Shown here: in pieces, positions 17,311 to 37,663 of the stretch
Position numbering within the stretch: the first letter of the stretch is position 1
Layout: each line of letters starts with the position of its first letter
DNA from: the human T2T-CHM13v2.0 reference genome, Homo sapiens
DNA length: 64,000 bases
Assembly: GCF_009914755.1 (NCBI RefSeq)
Contig: NC_060930.1
Reading direction: 5' to 3' (one strand)
Position numbers and translations under genes: made by a program
Notes under the pieces: model-generated
The model's database searches: none
What the model was told of the DNA's origin: nothing
What the model saw: only the letters and a program-made list of their open reading frames with translations

Positions 17311-18225
17311 TATGAGATTCATATTTGGCACATAATATAAAGAGTTGGTAATTATTTGCATCATTTTTTTCAGTCTTCCAAATTAAATTATAAGCTTCTG
17401 GAAGGTAATAGCATTATATAGAACTTGGCCCAGTACATAATCATACACAAGATGAAATTCAACGAAAATTTTATTAAGTAACTTTCAGAGTAGTTTAATC
17501 CCTCTACCCTATTTAAGAAGCTTTGGTGATACCTCTCTCCCTCTTATGTACAATATTTAAATTCTGAAATCTCAACTGAACACTTTGTGATAAATGTGAT
17601 ACAAATACACCTCAGCTATTACTTCAATTCTTAACCTAGCTCCGCACAAGGCAAATTTCAAATTTCTTGAGGGTAGGTACCTTTGATGAATAAAATAAGA
17701 TCTGCTGGTATTTAAATGTTGGCCACGAGTTGTAGGAATAAAATGTGGGGGCAAACTATATTTTTAAAACTCACCTGAAGTTCAGAATCACCTGGGACAC
17801 GTGCTAAAAATGTAGATATCTAGGATTCAGATTCAGTACTTTCTTAGTCATGTTTCTCTACCCCTGATTTTTATTGAACACAAGATCCCAAAGAGTATAC
17901 TATGAAACAATAGATGAGTGGTAAAGTGACATCGACTGAAGGCTCAGCAACAGACCATGATGTTTGTGTTAACCATGCATTTCTTTGGGCATGAGTGCTT
18001 GTGGTTTGTGACTCACACTGTTTGCAAAATTCTTCCTGGTTTCTAAAAGAGGATTCAACATTTCAATATTTTATGGTGTTTCACAAGCAGCTTCTACAAC
18101 ATCTAAAATCTGGAAGTCACTGAACAAATAATAGGGCATCTGAGAGAAGAATTTAAATAACCAAAAAGGATTTCGTAACAGGAAAAGAACTTCATCTTTT
18201 AGAACTGAAATGAGAAGGTACTCAC

Positions 18226-18279
18226 AGGCTCTCCCCGTGTTCCATCCTGCCCCGGAGCACCAGGGGATCCTGCTTCTCC
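18226..18279 (-). CDS. COL21A1: Collagen alpha-1(XXI) exon, 54 bp, GEAGSPGAPGQDGTRGEP
   Basis: attaaaag|GGAGAA...GAGCCT|gtgagt; continues the Gly-X-Y frame after a 22.5-kb intron. Confidence 0.96.
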
Positions 18280-19860
18280 CTTTTAATGATTTGACAAAAA
18301 GAAATAGAGAATTCAGTTTTGAGGTCTGCTTACCAAAATAACAATATATAACATTACATATTAAAGAACATTAGATACAAACAGAAAAATTAAAATTACT
18401 TCTGGACTACTGATATTAACTTTTCCTGACATCAAATAACTTTTTCAGAAATTCATAAAGTGACTATATAAACAACAAAAATGTGTACATAATGGCAGAT
18501 AATTAAGTTATTAAATAACTGTGGTACTGTATAGTCATTCTTATGAGAATAGACCATCTTACTTCCAAGGTAAATGTGACCAATATTCTATATCAGTCCT
18601 ATTCATATATACTTTTTCATTTTTATTTTAAAATTGATCACTATGTTGGACCTAATTTGACCTTGCCTTCAAAGAGTTACATTTTAAAGTAAAAACAAAA
18701 CTTTCATTAGGAATGGAGTTATTTATAGGTTATTAGTTGAAATTATCTGGCACTTTAGTATATACGTATTTAAAATAAACATCTATAATGCATATTTTAG
18801 GTAGCTGTTAAATTATAATTGCTTTTAGTGATATATACCTTTACATTACTATGCTCAGGTTAAGCATCTTATTTTACATCTACGTTTTGGAAGCTAAATT
18901 TTTTTCCTAAATGAATCAATTGCTAGTGAATACAAATGTATCTGACACTTCTTCTACTAAAACAATAAATATTAGCTGAATATAATCCTAAAATGTATAA
19001 TATCTGCAGATTAGTACAACTATTAAACTATCTGAGCAAAATAAAGGATAGCAAGGAAGAGCCTGTTGACACATATACACACATGTACACACCCCAGACT
19101 TTTTGAAATCTAACAGTCATTATGAGCCATGCATTTGTTTCTGTCCAGCAAAATGCTGCATCACAACAAGCAAAGTTCTCTGCAAGCAATTTGCCACACT
19201 TGTTTCATACCAGAAAGAACATTTTATCCTAGATGAAAGCAAGATAGGAGGTAAAATAAAAGCATTTTTTCCCGTAAATGTCTCAAATACCTGAGTTGAA
19301 ATAAGTTTAAGGGAGAAAGAGTCTAAGAATGCAATGCACTGAAGCATATTACAACACTGTCATCCATAATTTCATATTCTAATGAATTTCCCAAAATTAT
19401 AGAAAATAAAGCACAGAAGCACCTCTAAAATTTGGCAAACATAATCAGTACTTAGAAAAAAATTCAACCATATCACATTACATAAACAACAGTTCTCCCA
19501 CTTGTATGAATTCCTGCATTTTATTAGAACTGTGAAATGCCAACTAAAGCCAAATATTTCATCTATACCAGTTTTATTTATAAACACTAGTTGAGAATAG
19601 AAGGAGCAAAGATTAATGCTTTCCTGAAAATTAACCAAATTAGAGGGAATTTGGTTACTGCTAATCCAATAGCTCTACAGAAAAGCATATAAAAATATTG
19701 GAGGAAAAAATGTTGGATCCACTTAGTTTGAAAGCTAGTTTAAAAAGCCTGAAAAATTCAAGACAAGGGATATGTTAGATCCTAATACTATGAAGAAATA
19801 ATGCAATATTTTATCTGAACTTAACACTCATATCAATAGTCAGAAGGAATCTCTCCTATT

Positions 19861-20048
19861 AGTAGTTCTCAAATATGGTCCTCAGACCAGGCAAGATCAA
19901 CTTCTTCATTTAACATGGGAACTTCTTCAGAATATAAAATTTCAGGCCACACTGCAGCATATTAAGCCAGAATCTCTGGGTGGGGGCCAGCAATCTGTGT
20001 TAATAATTCTTCCAGGTGATTCTAATGCAGCCATTTGAGAACCAGCCC
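19861..20048. mobile_element. MER5A-like hAT-Charlie MITE
   Basis: agtagttctcaaa...tttgagaacc inverted ends. Confidence 0.7.
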
Positions 20049-20196
20049 TGCTATAAGTCATTAGATCATTTAACTTCTCCTACTTCCAGGTACTGTCATA
20101 TGTGACTTATAAAACAATCTGTGGTTAAATTTTCTGTATTTAAAATAAAGAGGGTAAGGCACTTGCCAAATAGTAGAAACAATTAATTTGAAATTA

Positions 20197-20249
20197 TTAG
20201 GTTGGTGCAAAAGTAATTGCAGTTTTTGCCATTAAAAGTAATGGCAAAA
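20197..20249. mobile_element. MADE1 (Hsmar1 MITE), one TIR truncated
   Basis: TA + TTAGGTTGGTGCAAAAGTAATTGCAGTTTTTGCCATT-AAAAGT-AATGGCAAAA. Confidence 0.9.
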
Positions 20250-20514
20250 TACATGATTAGATGACTACTTTGATTTATAAAATCATGACTACTTTGATTT
20301 ATAAAATCTCTACTTTTTTCTATCTGTCCATTGACCTAATATCATTTTATTTTAATTATCAGGAGTTTTAAAAACGTAAGTAGCCATCAGCAAGGTTCAT
20401 CAATAATGAAGTTCCACAATTATTTGAGGATTTAACTTATTATGTTCTTCTTACTTTATATTAGACACTTAACATATTAACTGAATAAAATATCACATTC
20501 TTTATTATCTATAG

Positions 20515-20700
20515 CAGTGATTCTCAAAATTTAACTTCATCTGAATCACCCGGAAGGTTTGTTAAACTGCAGATTGTGGACCCCAACCCAGAGTTCCTGA
20601 TATGGTAGGTCTGGGGCAACCCCTGGAATCTGCATTTCTAATAAGTTTACAGAAGGTGCTGAGACTGCTAGTCTTGGACAACACTTTGAGAAACACTACT
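20515..20700. mobile_element. MER5A-like MITE
   Basis: cagtgattctcaaa...cactttgagaaacact. Confidence 0.75.
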
Positions 20701-23522
20701 CTAGCCCAGATCTCAAAACAGACTTACAGACTCTTTCTGCACTTATGAATCCCTCTCTTCTATGAACTAGTATAACATTATATAGCTTTTCACTTAGCAC
20801 TGAATTTTATTATGCTAAGTTGTTCAGCAGGTGTCTTGTTTATATGTGTTATTTGCTTGACTTGCACATTCTTTTAAAGGTAGAAAACATAATTTATAGG
20901 AGTTTTTTTAATCACCTACAATACTTAGACTAGTGCCAAACATAATATAAAACTACAAGTACCCTTCTTTACAATCATTGGAGTATATCAAGGAAGGAGG
21001 AACAGACTCTTTATTCTTCAATGTTCTATTTCAAAGGGATAAAGGAAATGGGAAAAACATTTGTGGATAAAGCGCTAGCATTTACTGTTGGACAATTATG
21101 CAGTTAGTTATTACAAGATAATGGCCAGTCATCTTTACCTAAGAACACTCTCTTCATTTTTTAATAATGGATTTTAATAATGTTTCATCAAGAAATGAAA
21201 GGATAATTTCTACTTGGCATTTTCCTTGAAATAATCAAATGCAAGATACAACCAGCCTGTGAAATTTAATATTGTTACCAGAACTTAACCTGATCACTTG
21301 ATTACTTTTATGACCTGGATAACCTGGTGCAGGTCAGTTTGTTTGGCATTTGAAAAAGTATAAAACATGGTCTCATATCCGATTTATTGTTTTTCTATTC
21401 TGTTATTAACTCCCTTCTTGATATAACATAATTGAGAAAATGTCATGCTTAACATTATTTCTCAATCTAATTTCTACAGCTAACGTCAAAAATGATTTAT
21501 TCCACAACAAGACAGTTCTTTAAAAAAAAGGAAATTTAACTAAAACCAGGCATGTGAAACTTGCATTCCATGTGTATTTCCTTTCATGCTGTGGTCTTTG
21601 GTATTTACCCCAAAAAAATAAAAGGATGGAAAGTAATTTAGTTTGCTTATAGCAATCCTCAAAATCAGGTGGAAGGTATGGTTTACTGATCATGAAAATA
21701 TAGTTTAATTTTGAGGAAGATCCTTGCTTTGTTAAGGAAACACTTTATTTTGACTTTGATCTTATGGCATAGTTTATTCTTCATTTGTAAACAAATCACT
21801 AGCATGCCTGCGGATGTATTAAAGATGTAAGACTGAGGAAGCTTCTCCTAGCTGACCAAGTAAACAGACAGGACATTTGGAAGGTATCATGCACATCAGT
21901 GAGCATACGAACTAGACCTGGAACCCTCACTCTGCCATGGAACTAGCTGTGCATGTTTAACTAAATCCCGTCCTCTCTTTGAACCTGATGTTATGCATAA
22001 AATGCCATTAATACTCCAAACTTCATAGATTTGTTTTTTAGGAAAATAAAATAAGAGCCTTTGTGAAAATGCCTTATGCAACTCTTGGCACAGAAAGGGA
22101 GATCCACTGCCACCAAAAAGTTGAGGTTTTAACAATCCTTTATTCACGATGTATTTTTGGCTATATTATTTTCAAATAATATATGTTATTTCAATACTTG
22201 AACTGCTATAGTTTGTCATTATAATTTTGGCAAAATGAGTATTTTTAAACATAAAGCCAATCCTTCTTTATTCTAGTTAAGATATCATTAAAAACAGTAG
22301 GGTCAATAGTTTCATCATTATTTTCTATAACTAGGAGAGAATATTTGGGTATAACATGATTTCCAACCAGTTGGTGAGCAGAATTTTCATTGGTTGTTGT
22401 TATGGCCATGTCACCTTGGACAAGTTATTTACTCTAGTTCTTTGTTTCCTCATCTGTGAAAGGATAAATTTTTTCCACTTACAACTGATAATGATTTATG
22501 AGATTAATGAGAAAATGCATGTACAGTGCTGTAAAAAGAGCCAAGCTCTTGGAAATATCCAATGAGTTACGCCTTTTGTTATAATCTCTCCTTTTCTGTC
22601 TTTGGTTCTTTGCATATCCAGCTTAAATACCACATTTAATTATTTCAACCACTTTCTAACTAAAATTCTTGTCCTTTACCTCACTCTGCATCCACCATAC
22701 TGGTTTATGCAAATTCCAGTGTTGAGTAAACCAAACTGAAAATAGCCTCAGCCTATGCTTACGTTCAAAGTATGGCTACGGAGGAAAAATACTATAATAA
22801 TCATACAGATTATAACTTCCAGCTTCAACTGGACTTCAATGCAACTTCTATATTTCCTTTATCTCTTCTCTGCCACATTTTTCATGTATATAGAAAGTTT
22901 CTGCTATATAAAATATTCTCCAATCAACAAAAGCTTTTTTCTCCTTCTGCCAACATTCTAAGAAAAAACAGGATACAAACATTCTGCCACCAAACCAACA
23001 CACTTACCTGCATTTGCACCCATCCATTCCTTTTATTTTATTACAGTAAACAGGAGTCCTTCATTCAATCTAAGATAATTCCTTACAACTCTGTTCTATA
23101 TCCCATTCTTTCCCCTTCTCTAAATAAGATGGAGCTTCTTATCTGTGTATAACTGCTTACTCAACTTCTTCCCGTGAATGTGCCACAAGAATCTAAAATC
23201 AACACATTATGTTTCTCACTCCTCCACATCCCCAGCAGAAAACACACCAAGTCCTACCCAGCACTCATTAACTAAAGAAACTTCTAACTTCATTATACAT
23301 AAAAGAAGAGAGAATCTACAACTAAGAAGACCAGCAAGCTATCCAAACATGTACAACCCTGTTTATTATTACAGGTCAAAATATATACAGGATAGTTCAA
23401 ATTTGAAAAGAATTGGCAGATAATATCCAAAACAGAGAACAAAAAGAAAAAAATAATAAAAACTTTTCATATTTTCCTCACACAAAAATAAACATAAAGA
23501 AAACTGAAACAAAATACTGTAA

Positions 23523-23840
<318 letters not shown>

Positions 23841-23859
23841 AAGTATTTTTATTAGTTAA

Positions 23860-29050
<5,191 letters not shown>

Positions 29051-29339
29051 GGAGGGAGGCAAGCAAGATGGAGTAGAAAGCTCCACCGATTGTCACCCCC
29101 TCCCAGCAAGAACACCAAGTTAACAATTATCTACAAAGAAAAAACACTTTCAAAGAACCAAAAATCAGGTGAGCACTCACAGTACCTGGTTTTAACTCCA
29201 TATTGCTGAAAGAGGCACTGAAGAGAGAGAAAAAACAATCCTGAATTACCGATGCCACCCCTCCCCCTTCCCCAGCAGAGGCAGCATGGAGTGGAAAGCA
29301 TTTCTGGGTGCTAATGAAGGGAGAACACAACAATTGTGA

Positions 29340-29737
<398 letters not shown>

Positions 29738-31121
29738 CAGAGGAAGCATTTAAACCAGCCCCAGCCAAAGGAGAATTACCCATCCCAGTGGTCTGAACTT
29801 GAGTGCCTGTAAACCTCACCACCAAGGGCCAAAGCGCTTCAGTCTCCAAGTAAACTTGAAAGGGAGCCTAGGCCATAATGTCTGCAACTCATAAAAGAAT
29901 CCTAGTGCTGAACTAGGCCCACAGACAGTAGACTGGGGAGGCACACAACATACTGAGACCCACATTGGGGCAGCCAAGAGAGTGTTGACAGCATCCTTCT
30001 CCTAACCCCAGACTGCAAAGCTCATGGATCCAAAAGAGACCCCTTCCTTCTATAATCCTTGAGGAGAGGAGAGGAAAGAGTGAAGAGGACTTTGTCTTGT
30101 ATCTTGAATACCAGCTCAGCCACAGCAGGATAGGGTACTGGCCAGAGTCAAGAGGCCCCCTTTCCAGGCCTTAGCTCATTTCTAGACATTTCTGACATTT
30201 CTAGACACACCCTGGGCCAGAAGTAAACCCACTGCCTTGAAGGAAAGGATGCAGTCCTGCCAGCATTCATCACCTGTTAACTGAAGAGCCCTTGGGCCCT
30301 GAATAACTAGCAGCGATACCTACGTACTACACCAAGGGCCTTGGTGAACCTCTGAGACTTGTTGGCTTCATGTGAGACTCAGCCTTAAGCTGTGGTGGCT
30401 ATGGGGTAAAACTCCTTCTGCTTGAGACAAGCAAAGGGAAAATTAAAGGAAACTCTGTATTACACCTTAGGTACCAACACTGCCACGGGGAAGTAGAGCA
30501 CCAAGCAGAGTCTTGAGGTCTCCAATTCCAGGACTCGACTCTTAGACAGCATTTCTGGACCTGCCTTGGGCCACAGGGGATCCCACTGCCCTAAAGAGTG
30601 AGTCCCAGGCCAGGCAGCATTCACCATAAGCTGACTTATGAGACCTTGGGGCTCAAAGAAACGTCAGTGGTCATCTGGCAGTACTCCTCATGGCTAGGGG
30701 TGGTGGTGGATATGAGGTGAGGCTCCTCTGCCTTTGAAAGGAGAGAAAAAAGTGAGAAGGACTGCGTCTTGTGGTTTAAGTGCCAGCTCTGCTGCAACAC
30801 AACAGTATACCAGGTAGACATCTAAGGCTTTTGACTCTAGTCCCTAACTCCAAGATGGAACTTCTGGACCCATTTGGGGGTTGGTGGACCTCACCATCCT
30901 GAAGGGAAAGACATAGGCCTGGCTGGCTTTGCCACCTGCTGATTGTAGGGTCATAGGGCCTTGAACGAACATAGGCAGCAGCCAGAGAGTGGTCAGAGCA
31001 GACACTGGGTGAGACCCAGTGCTGTGCTGGCTTCAGATCTGACCCAGAGCATAGTGGTGGTGGTTACAGGGGTGCTTGTATCACTCCATCCCCAGCTTTA
31101 GGTGTATCAGAACAGAGACAA

Positions 31122-32049
31122 TGTGTTTGCTCTTGCTTTTCTAGTTCTTTTAATTGTGATGTTAGGGTGTCAATTTTGGATCTTTCCTGCTTTCTCTTGT
31201 GGGCATTTAGAACTCAAACAAATTTACAAGATAAAAACAAACAACCCCATCAAAAAGTGGGCGAAGGACATGAACAGACACTTCTCAAAAGAAGACATTT
31301 ATGCAACCAAAAAACACACGAAAAAATGCTCATCATCACTGGCCATCAGAGAAATGCAAATCAAAACCACAATGAGATACCATCTCACACCAGTTAGAAT
31401 GGCAAACATTAAAAAGTCAGGAAACAACAGGTGCTGGAGAGGATGTGGAGAAATAGGAACACTTTTACACTGTTGGTGGGACTGTAAACTAGTTCAACCA
31501 TTGTGGAAGTCAGTGTGGCGATTCCTCAGGGATCTAGAACTGGAAATACCATTTGACCCAGCCATCCCATTACTGGGTATATACCCAAAGGACTATAAAT
31601 CATGCTGCTATAAAGACACATGCACACGTATGTTTATTGTGGCATTATTCACAATAGCAAAGACTTGGAACCAACCCAAATGTCCAACAATGATAGACTG
31701 GATTAAGAAAATGTGGCACATATACACCATGGAATACTATGCAGCCATAAAAAATGATGAGTTCATGTCATGGAAATCATCATTCTCAGTAAACTATTGC
31801 AAGAACAAAAAACCAAACACCGCATATTCTCACTCATAGGTGGGAATTGAACAATGAGATCACATGGACACAGGAAGGGGAATATCACACTCTGGGGGAG
31901 GGATAGCATTGGGAGATATACCTAATGCTAGATGACGAGTTAGTGGGTGCAGCGCACCAGCATGGCACACGTATACATATGTAACTAACCTGCACAATGT
32001 GCACATGTACCCTAAAACTTAAAGTATAATAATAAAGAAAAAAAAAAAA
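31122..32049 (+). mobile_element. Young L1 (L1PA2-like), 5'-truncated with 5' inversion
   Basis: 13-bp TSD agaacagagacaa (31109-31121, 32050-32062); near-consensus ORF2 C-terminus [19 protein letters not shown]; GAG rather than ACA/ACG in 3'UTR; polyA. Confidence 0.92.
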
Positions 32050-35000
32050 AGAACAGAGACAAAGATTCTGTATGTTTGGGAGAAAGTAAGGGAAGAGAAA
32101 AAGAATCTCTGCCTGGTAATCCAGAGAATTCTCCCAGACTTTGTTCAAGACAATCAAGTTGGTACCTCTACAAGTCTGCAAGAACCACAATGTTACTGGG
32201 CTTGGGGTGTACCCTAAAGCAGAAACAGCTTAGATCACAACACCCAAGTCCTTTCAGATAACTGGAAAAGCTTCCCAAGAAGGATGACTACAAATAAGCC
32301 CAGACAGTGAACACTACAATAAAGACCTAACTCTTCAATGCCCAGACACTGAAGAACATCTACTAGCATCAACACCATTCAGGAAAACATGACCTCACCA
32401 AATCAACTAAGTAAGACACCAGGAATCAATTCTAGAGAAATAGAAATATGTAACCTTTAAGACAAAGAATTCAAAATAGGTGTGTTGAGAAAACTGTAAA
32501 AAATTCAAGATATGCAGAGAAGGAATTCAGAATTATATTAGATAAATTTCACAAAGAAATTGAAATAATTACAAAGAAACAAAGCAGAAATTCTGGAGCT
32601 GAAAAATGCAATTAGCATACTGAACAATGTATCAGAGTCCTTTAATAGCAGAATGAATCAAGCAGAAGAAGTAATTGATGAGCTTGAAGATAGACTTTGG
32701 AAATAAACAGTCAGAGGAGACAAATAATAATAAATGATAGAGTATGCCTACAGGATCTAGAAAATAGTCTCAAAGGGCAAATCTAAGAGTTATTGGCCTT
32801 AAAGATGAGGTAGAGAAAGAGATAGGAGGTAGAAACTTTATTCAAAGGGTTAACAGAGAACTTCCCAAACCTAGAGAAAGATATCAATATCCAAGTACTT
32901 GAAGGCTATAGAACACCAAGCAGATTTAACCCAAAGACTACCTGAAGACATTTAATAATCAAACTCTACAAGGTCAAGGATAAAGAAAGGATCCTAGAAG
33001 CAGCAAACGACAAAAATAAATAAATAACATACAATGGAGCTCCAATATGTCTGGTAGCAGACTTTTCAGTGGAAGGCTTACAGGCCAGGAGAGAGTAGCA
33101 TGATGCATGACATTTTTTAAGTGCCAAAGGTAAAAAAAAAAAAAAAAAAAAAAAACTTTACCCTAGTATAGTATATCCACAAAAATATCCTTCAACATGA
33201 AGGAGAAAGACAGGCTTTCCCAGACAAACAATAGATGAGTGATTTCATCAATACCAGACCTACCATACAAGAAATGCTAAAGGCAGTACTTTAAACAGAA
33301 AGAAAAGAACATTAATGAGCTATAAATAATCACCTGAAGGTAAAAAACTTACTGGTAATAATAAGCACACAGAAAAACACGGAATATTATACACTGTTAC
33401 TGTGGTGTGTAAATTCCTCTTATCCTAAATAGAAAGACTAAATAATGAACCAATCAAAAATAATAACTATAACAACTTTAAAAAACATAATCAGTACAAT
33501 AAAATATAAATTGAAACAATAAAAAGTTAAAAACCAGGGGCACAAAGTTAAGGCAAGTTTTTATTAGTTTTCTTTTTGCTTGTTTGTTTGTTTATGCAAA
33601 TAGCATTAAGTTGTTATCAGTTTAAAATAATGGGTTATAAAATAATATCTGTAAGGCTCATAAATACATACAATGAATACACAAAAAATAAAAAGCAAGA
33701 AACTAAGTTATATCACCAGAGAAAATCATCTTCACTAGAGGACAATAGGAATGAAAGAAAGAAGGAAGGAAAGATCAAAATACAACCAGAAAACAAATAA
33801 CAACATAACAGGAGTAGGTCCTTACTTATAAATAATAACATTTAATGTAAACAAACTGAACTCTCCAATCAAAACACATAGACTGGCTGACTGGATGAAA
33901 AAACAATACCCATTGATCTATTGCCTACAGTAAACACACTTCACCTATAAAGACACACATAGACTAAAAATAAAGGGATGGAAAAAGATACTCCATGCCA
34001 ACAGAAACCAAAAAAGAACAGGACTAGCTATATTTATGTCAGACACAATGGCTTTCAAGTCAAAAACTAAGAGAAAAGGGTCTCTATACAATGATAAAGG
34101 GGTTAATTCAGCAGAGGATATAACAATTTTAAATGCACCTAACACCCAAGCATCCAGATATATCAAGGAAATATTATTAGAGCTAAAGAGAGTGATAGAC
34201 CCCAATACAATAATAGCTGGAGACTTCATCATTCCATTTTCAGCATTGGACAGATTTTCCAGATAGAAAATCAACAAAGAAACATTAGACTTAATCTGCA
34301 CTACAGACCAAACGAATCAAATAGATATTTACTGAACATTTTATCCAAGAGCTGCAGAATATAAATTCTTTTCTTAGCATGTGGATTATTCTCGAAGACA
34401 GACCATAGGTTAGGTCACAAAACAAGTCTTCAAACATTCCAAAAATGGAATAATATCAAGCATCTTCTCTGACGATAATATAATAAAGCTAAAAATCAAT
34501 AACAAGAGGTATTTTGGAACCTATACAAACACATGGAAATTAAACAATATGCTCCTGAATGCCCAGTGAGTCAATGAAGAAATTAAGAAGAAAATTGAAA
34601 AAATTCTTGAAGCAAGTAATCATGGAAACACAGCATACCAAAATCTATGGGATACAGCAAAAACAGTAGTAAGATGGAAGTTTATAGCTCTAAGTATCTA
34701 CATCAAAAAAGAGAAAAAAACTTCAAATAAGCAATCTAACAATTCATCTTAAAGAATTAGAAAAGCAAGGCAAACCAAACCCAAAATTAGTAGAATAAAA
34801 GAAATAATAAAGATCAGAGCAGAAATCAATGAAATTGAAATTCAAAAGCACAAAGATCAATGAAACAAAAAGTTGTTTTTTTTTGAAAAGACAAACAAAA
34901 TTGACAAATTTTTAGCCAGTGTAACCGAGAAAATAAAAAAGGATACCCAAATAAAATACAGTCAGAAATGAGAAAGGAGATATTATAAATGATACTGCAG

Positions 35001-37230
35001 AAATTCAAAGGATCATTAGTGGCTACTATGAGCAACTATATGCCAATAAATTGGAAAATATACATGAAATGGACAAACTCCTAGATACATACAACCTACT
35101 GAGATTAAACCAGGAAGAAATCCAAAACCTGAAAGGACCAATAACAAGTAACAAGATGCAAACTGTCATAAAAAGTCTTCCAGTAAAGAAAAGCCTGGGA
35201 CCTGATGGCTTCACTGCTGGATTTGACCCAACATTTAAAGAACTAATACCAATCCTACTCAAACTATTCTGAAAAATAGAGGAAGAAGGAATACTTCCAA
35301 ACTCTTTCTATGAGGCCAGTATTACCCTGACACCAAACCAGACAAAAACATACCACAAAACAAAACTACAGGCCAATATCTCTGATGAATATTGATGCAA
35401 AAATCTTCAACAAAATACTAACAAACCAAATTCAACAATATATTAGAAAGATCATTCATCACAACAACCAAGTGGGATTCATCGCTGGGATAAAAGAATG
35501 GTTAAATGTATGCAAATCAATCAAAATGATACATCATATAAACAGAATGACAGATAACCATATGATCATTTCAATTGATGCTGACAAAGCATTTGATAAA
35601 ATTAAATATCTCTTCATGATAAAAACCCTCAAAAAAGTAGATATAGAAGGAACATACCTCAACATAATAAAGGCCATCTATGACAAACCCACAGCTAGCA
35701 TCATACTGAATGGGGACAAAAAAATAAAAGCCTTTCCTGTAAGATCTGAAACATGACAGGGTGTCCACTGTCACCACTCTTATTCAACATAGTACTGGAA
35801 GTCCTAGCTAGAGAAATCAGACAAGAGAAAGTTATAAAGGGCATCCAAATTGGAAAGGGAGAAGTAAAATTATCCTTGTTTGCTGATGATATAATCTTTT
35901 ATTTAGAAAAACCTAAAGACTCCACCAACAAACTATTAAACTGATAAATTTGGTAAAGTTGCAGGATACAAAGTCAACATACAAAAATCAGTAGCATCTC
36001 TATATGCCAATGGTGAACAATCTGAAAAAGAAATTTAAAAAGTAATCCCATTTACAATAGTCACAAATAAAATTAAATATCTAAGAATTGAAAGATCTCT
36101 ACAATGAAAGTTATAAAACACTAATGAAAGAAATTGAAGAGGACACCAAAAAATAAAAAAATATTTCATGTTCATGGGTTTGAAGAATCAATATTGTTTA
36201 AATGTCCATAATACCAAAGGAATTTACAGATTCAATGAACTTCCTATCAAAATACCAATGACATTCTTCAGAAACATACAAAAACCAATCCTATAATTTA
36301 TATGGAATCACCAAAGACCCAGAATGGCCAAAGCTATCCTAAGCATAAGGAATAAAAGTGGAGGAATTACATTACCCGACATCAAATTATAGTACAGACC
36401 TATATTAACCAAAACAACATGGTACTGGCATACAAACAGATACAAAGACCAATGAAACAGAACAGAGAACCCAGAAACAAATCTACATACCTACAGTGAA
36501 CTCATTTTTGACAAAGATTCCGAGAACATACACTAGGGAAAAGACAGTTTCTTCAAGAAATGGTGCTAGGAACACTGGATGTTCCTATGCAGAACAATGA
36601 AACTAGACCCCTATCTCCTGGCATACACAAAAATCAAATCAAAATTGACTAAAGACTTAAATCTAAGACCTCAAACTATGAAACTACTACAGAAAAACAT
36701 TGGGGGAAATCTCCAGGACATTGATCTCAGAAAAGATTTCTTGAGCAATACCTTACAACCATAGGTAACCCAAGTAAACATGGACAAATCATGTTGAAAA
36801 GCTTCTGCACAGAAAAGTATACAATCAACAAAGTGAAGAGATAGTCCATGAAATTCAAGAAAATATTTGCGAACTACCCATCTGACAAGAGATTAGTAAC
36901 CAGAAAATACAAAAATTTCAAAGGACTCTGTAGAAAAAAAATCCAATAATCTTATCAAAAGATGGGCAAAATATTTGAATAGACATTACTCAAAAGAAGA
37001 CATACAAATGGCAAACAGGCATATGAAAAGATGTTCATCATTGATACTCAAAGAAATGCAAATCAAAACTAAAATGAGATATCATCTTACTCCAGTTAAA
37101 ATGGCTTTTATCCAAAAGGCAAACAATAACAAATGCTGGTGAGGATGTGGAGAAAAGGGAACACTTGTACACTGTTGGTGGGAATGTAAATTAGTACAAC
37201 CACTGTGAAGGACAGTTTGAAGATTCCTCA

Positions 37231-37663
<433 letters not shown>

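Noticed and set aside
31102-31839. 245-aa ORF
   Set aside because: C-terminus of L1 ORF2 in a truncated, inverted insertion; no promoter or ORF start.
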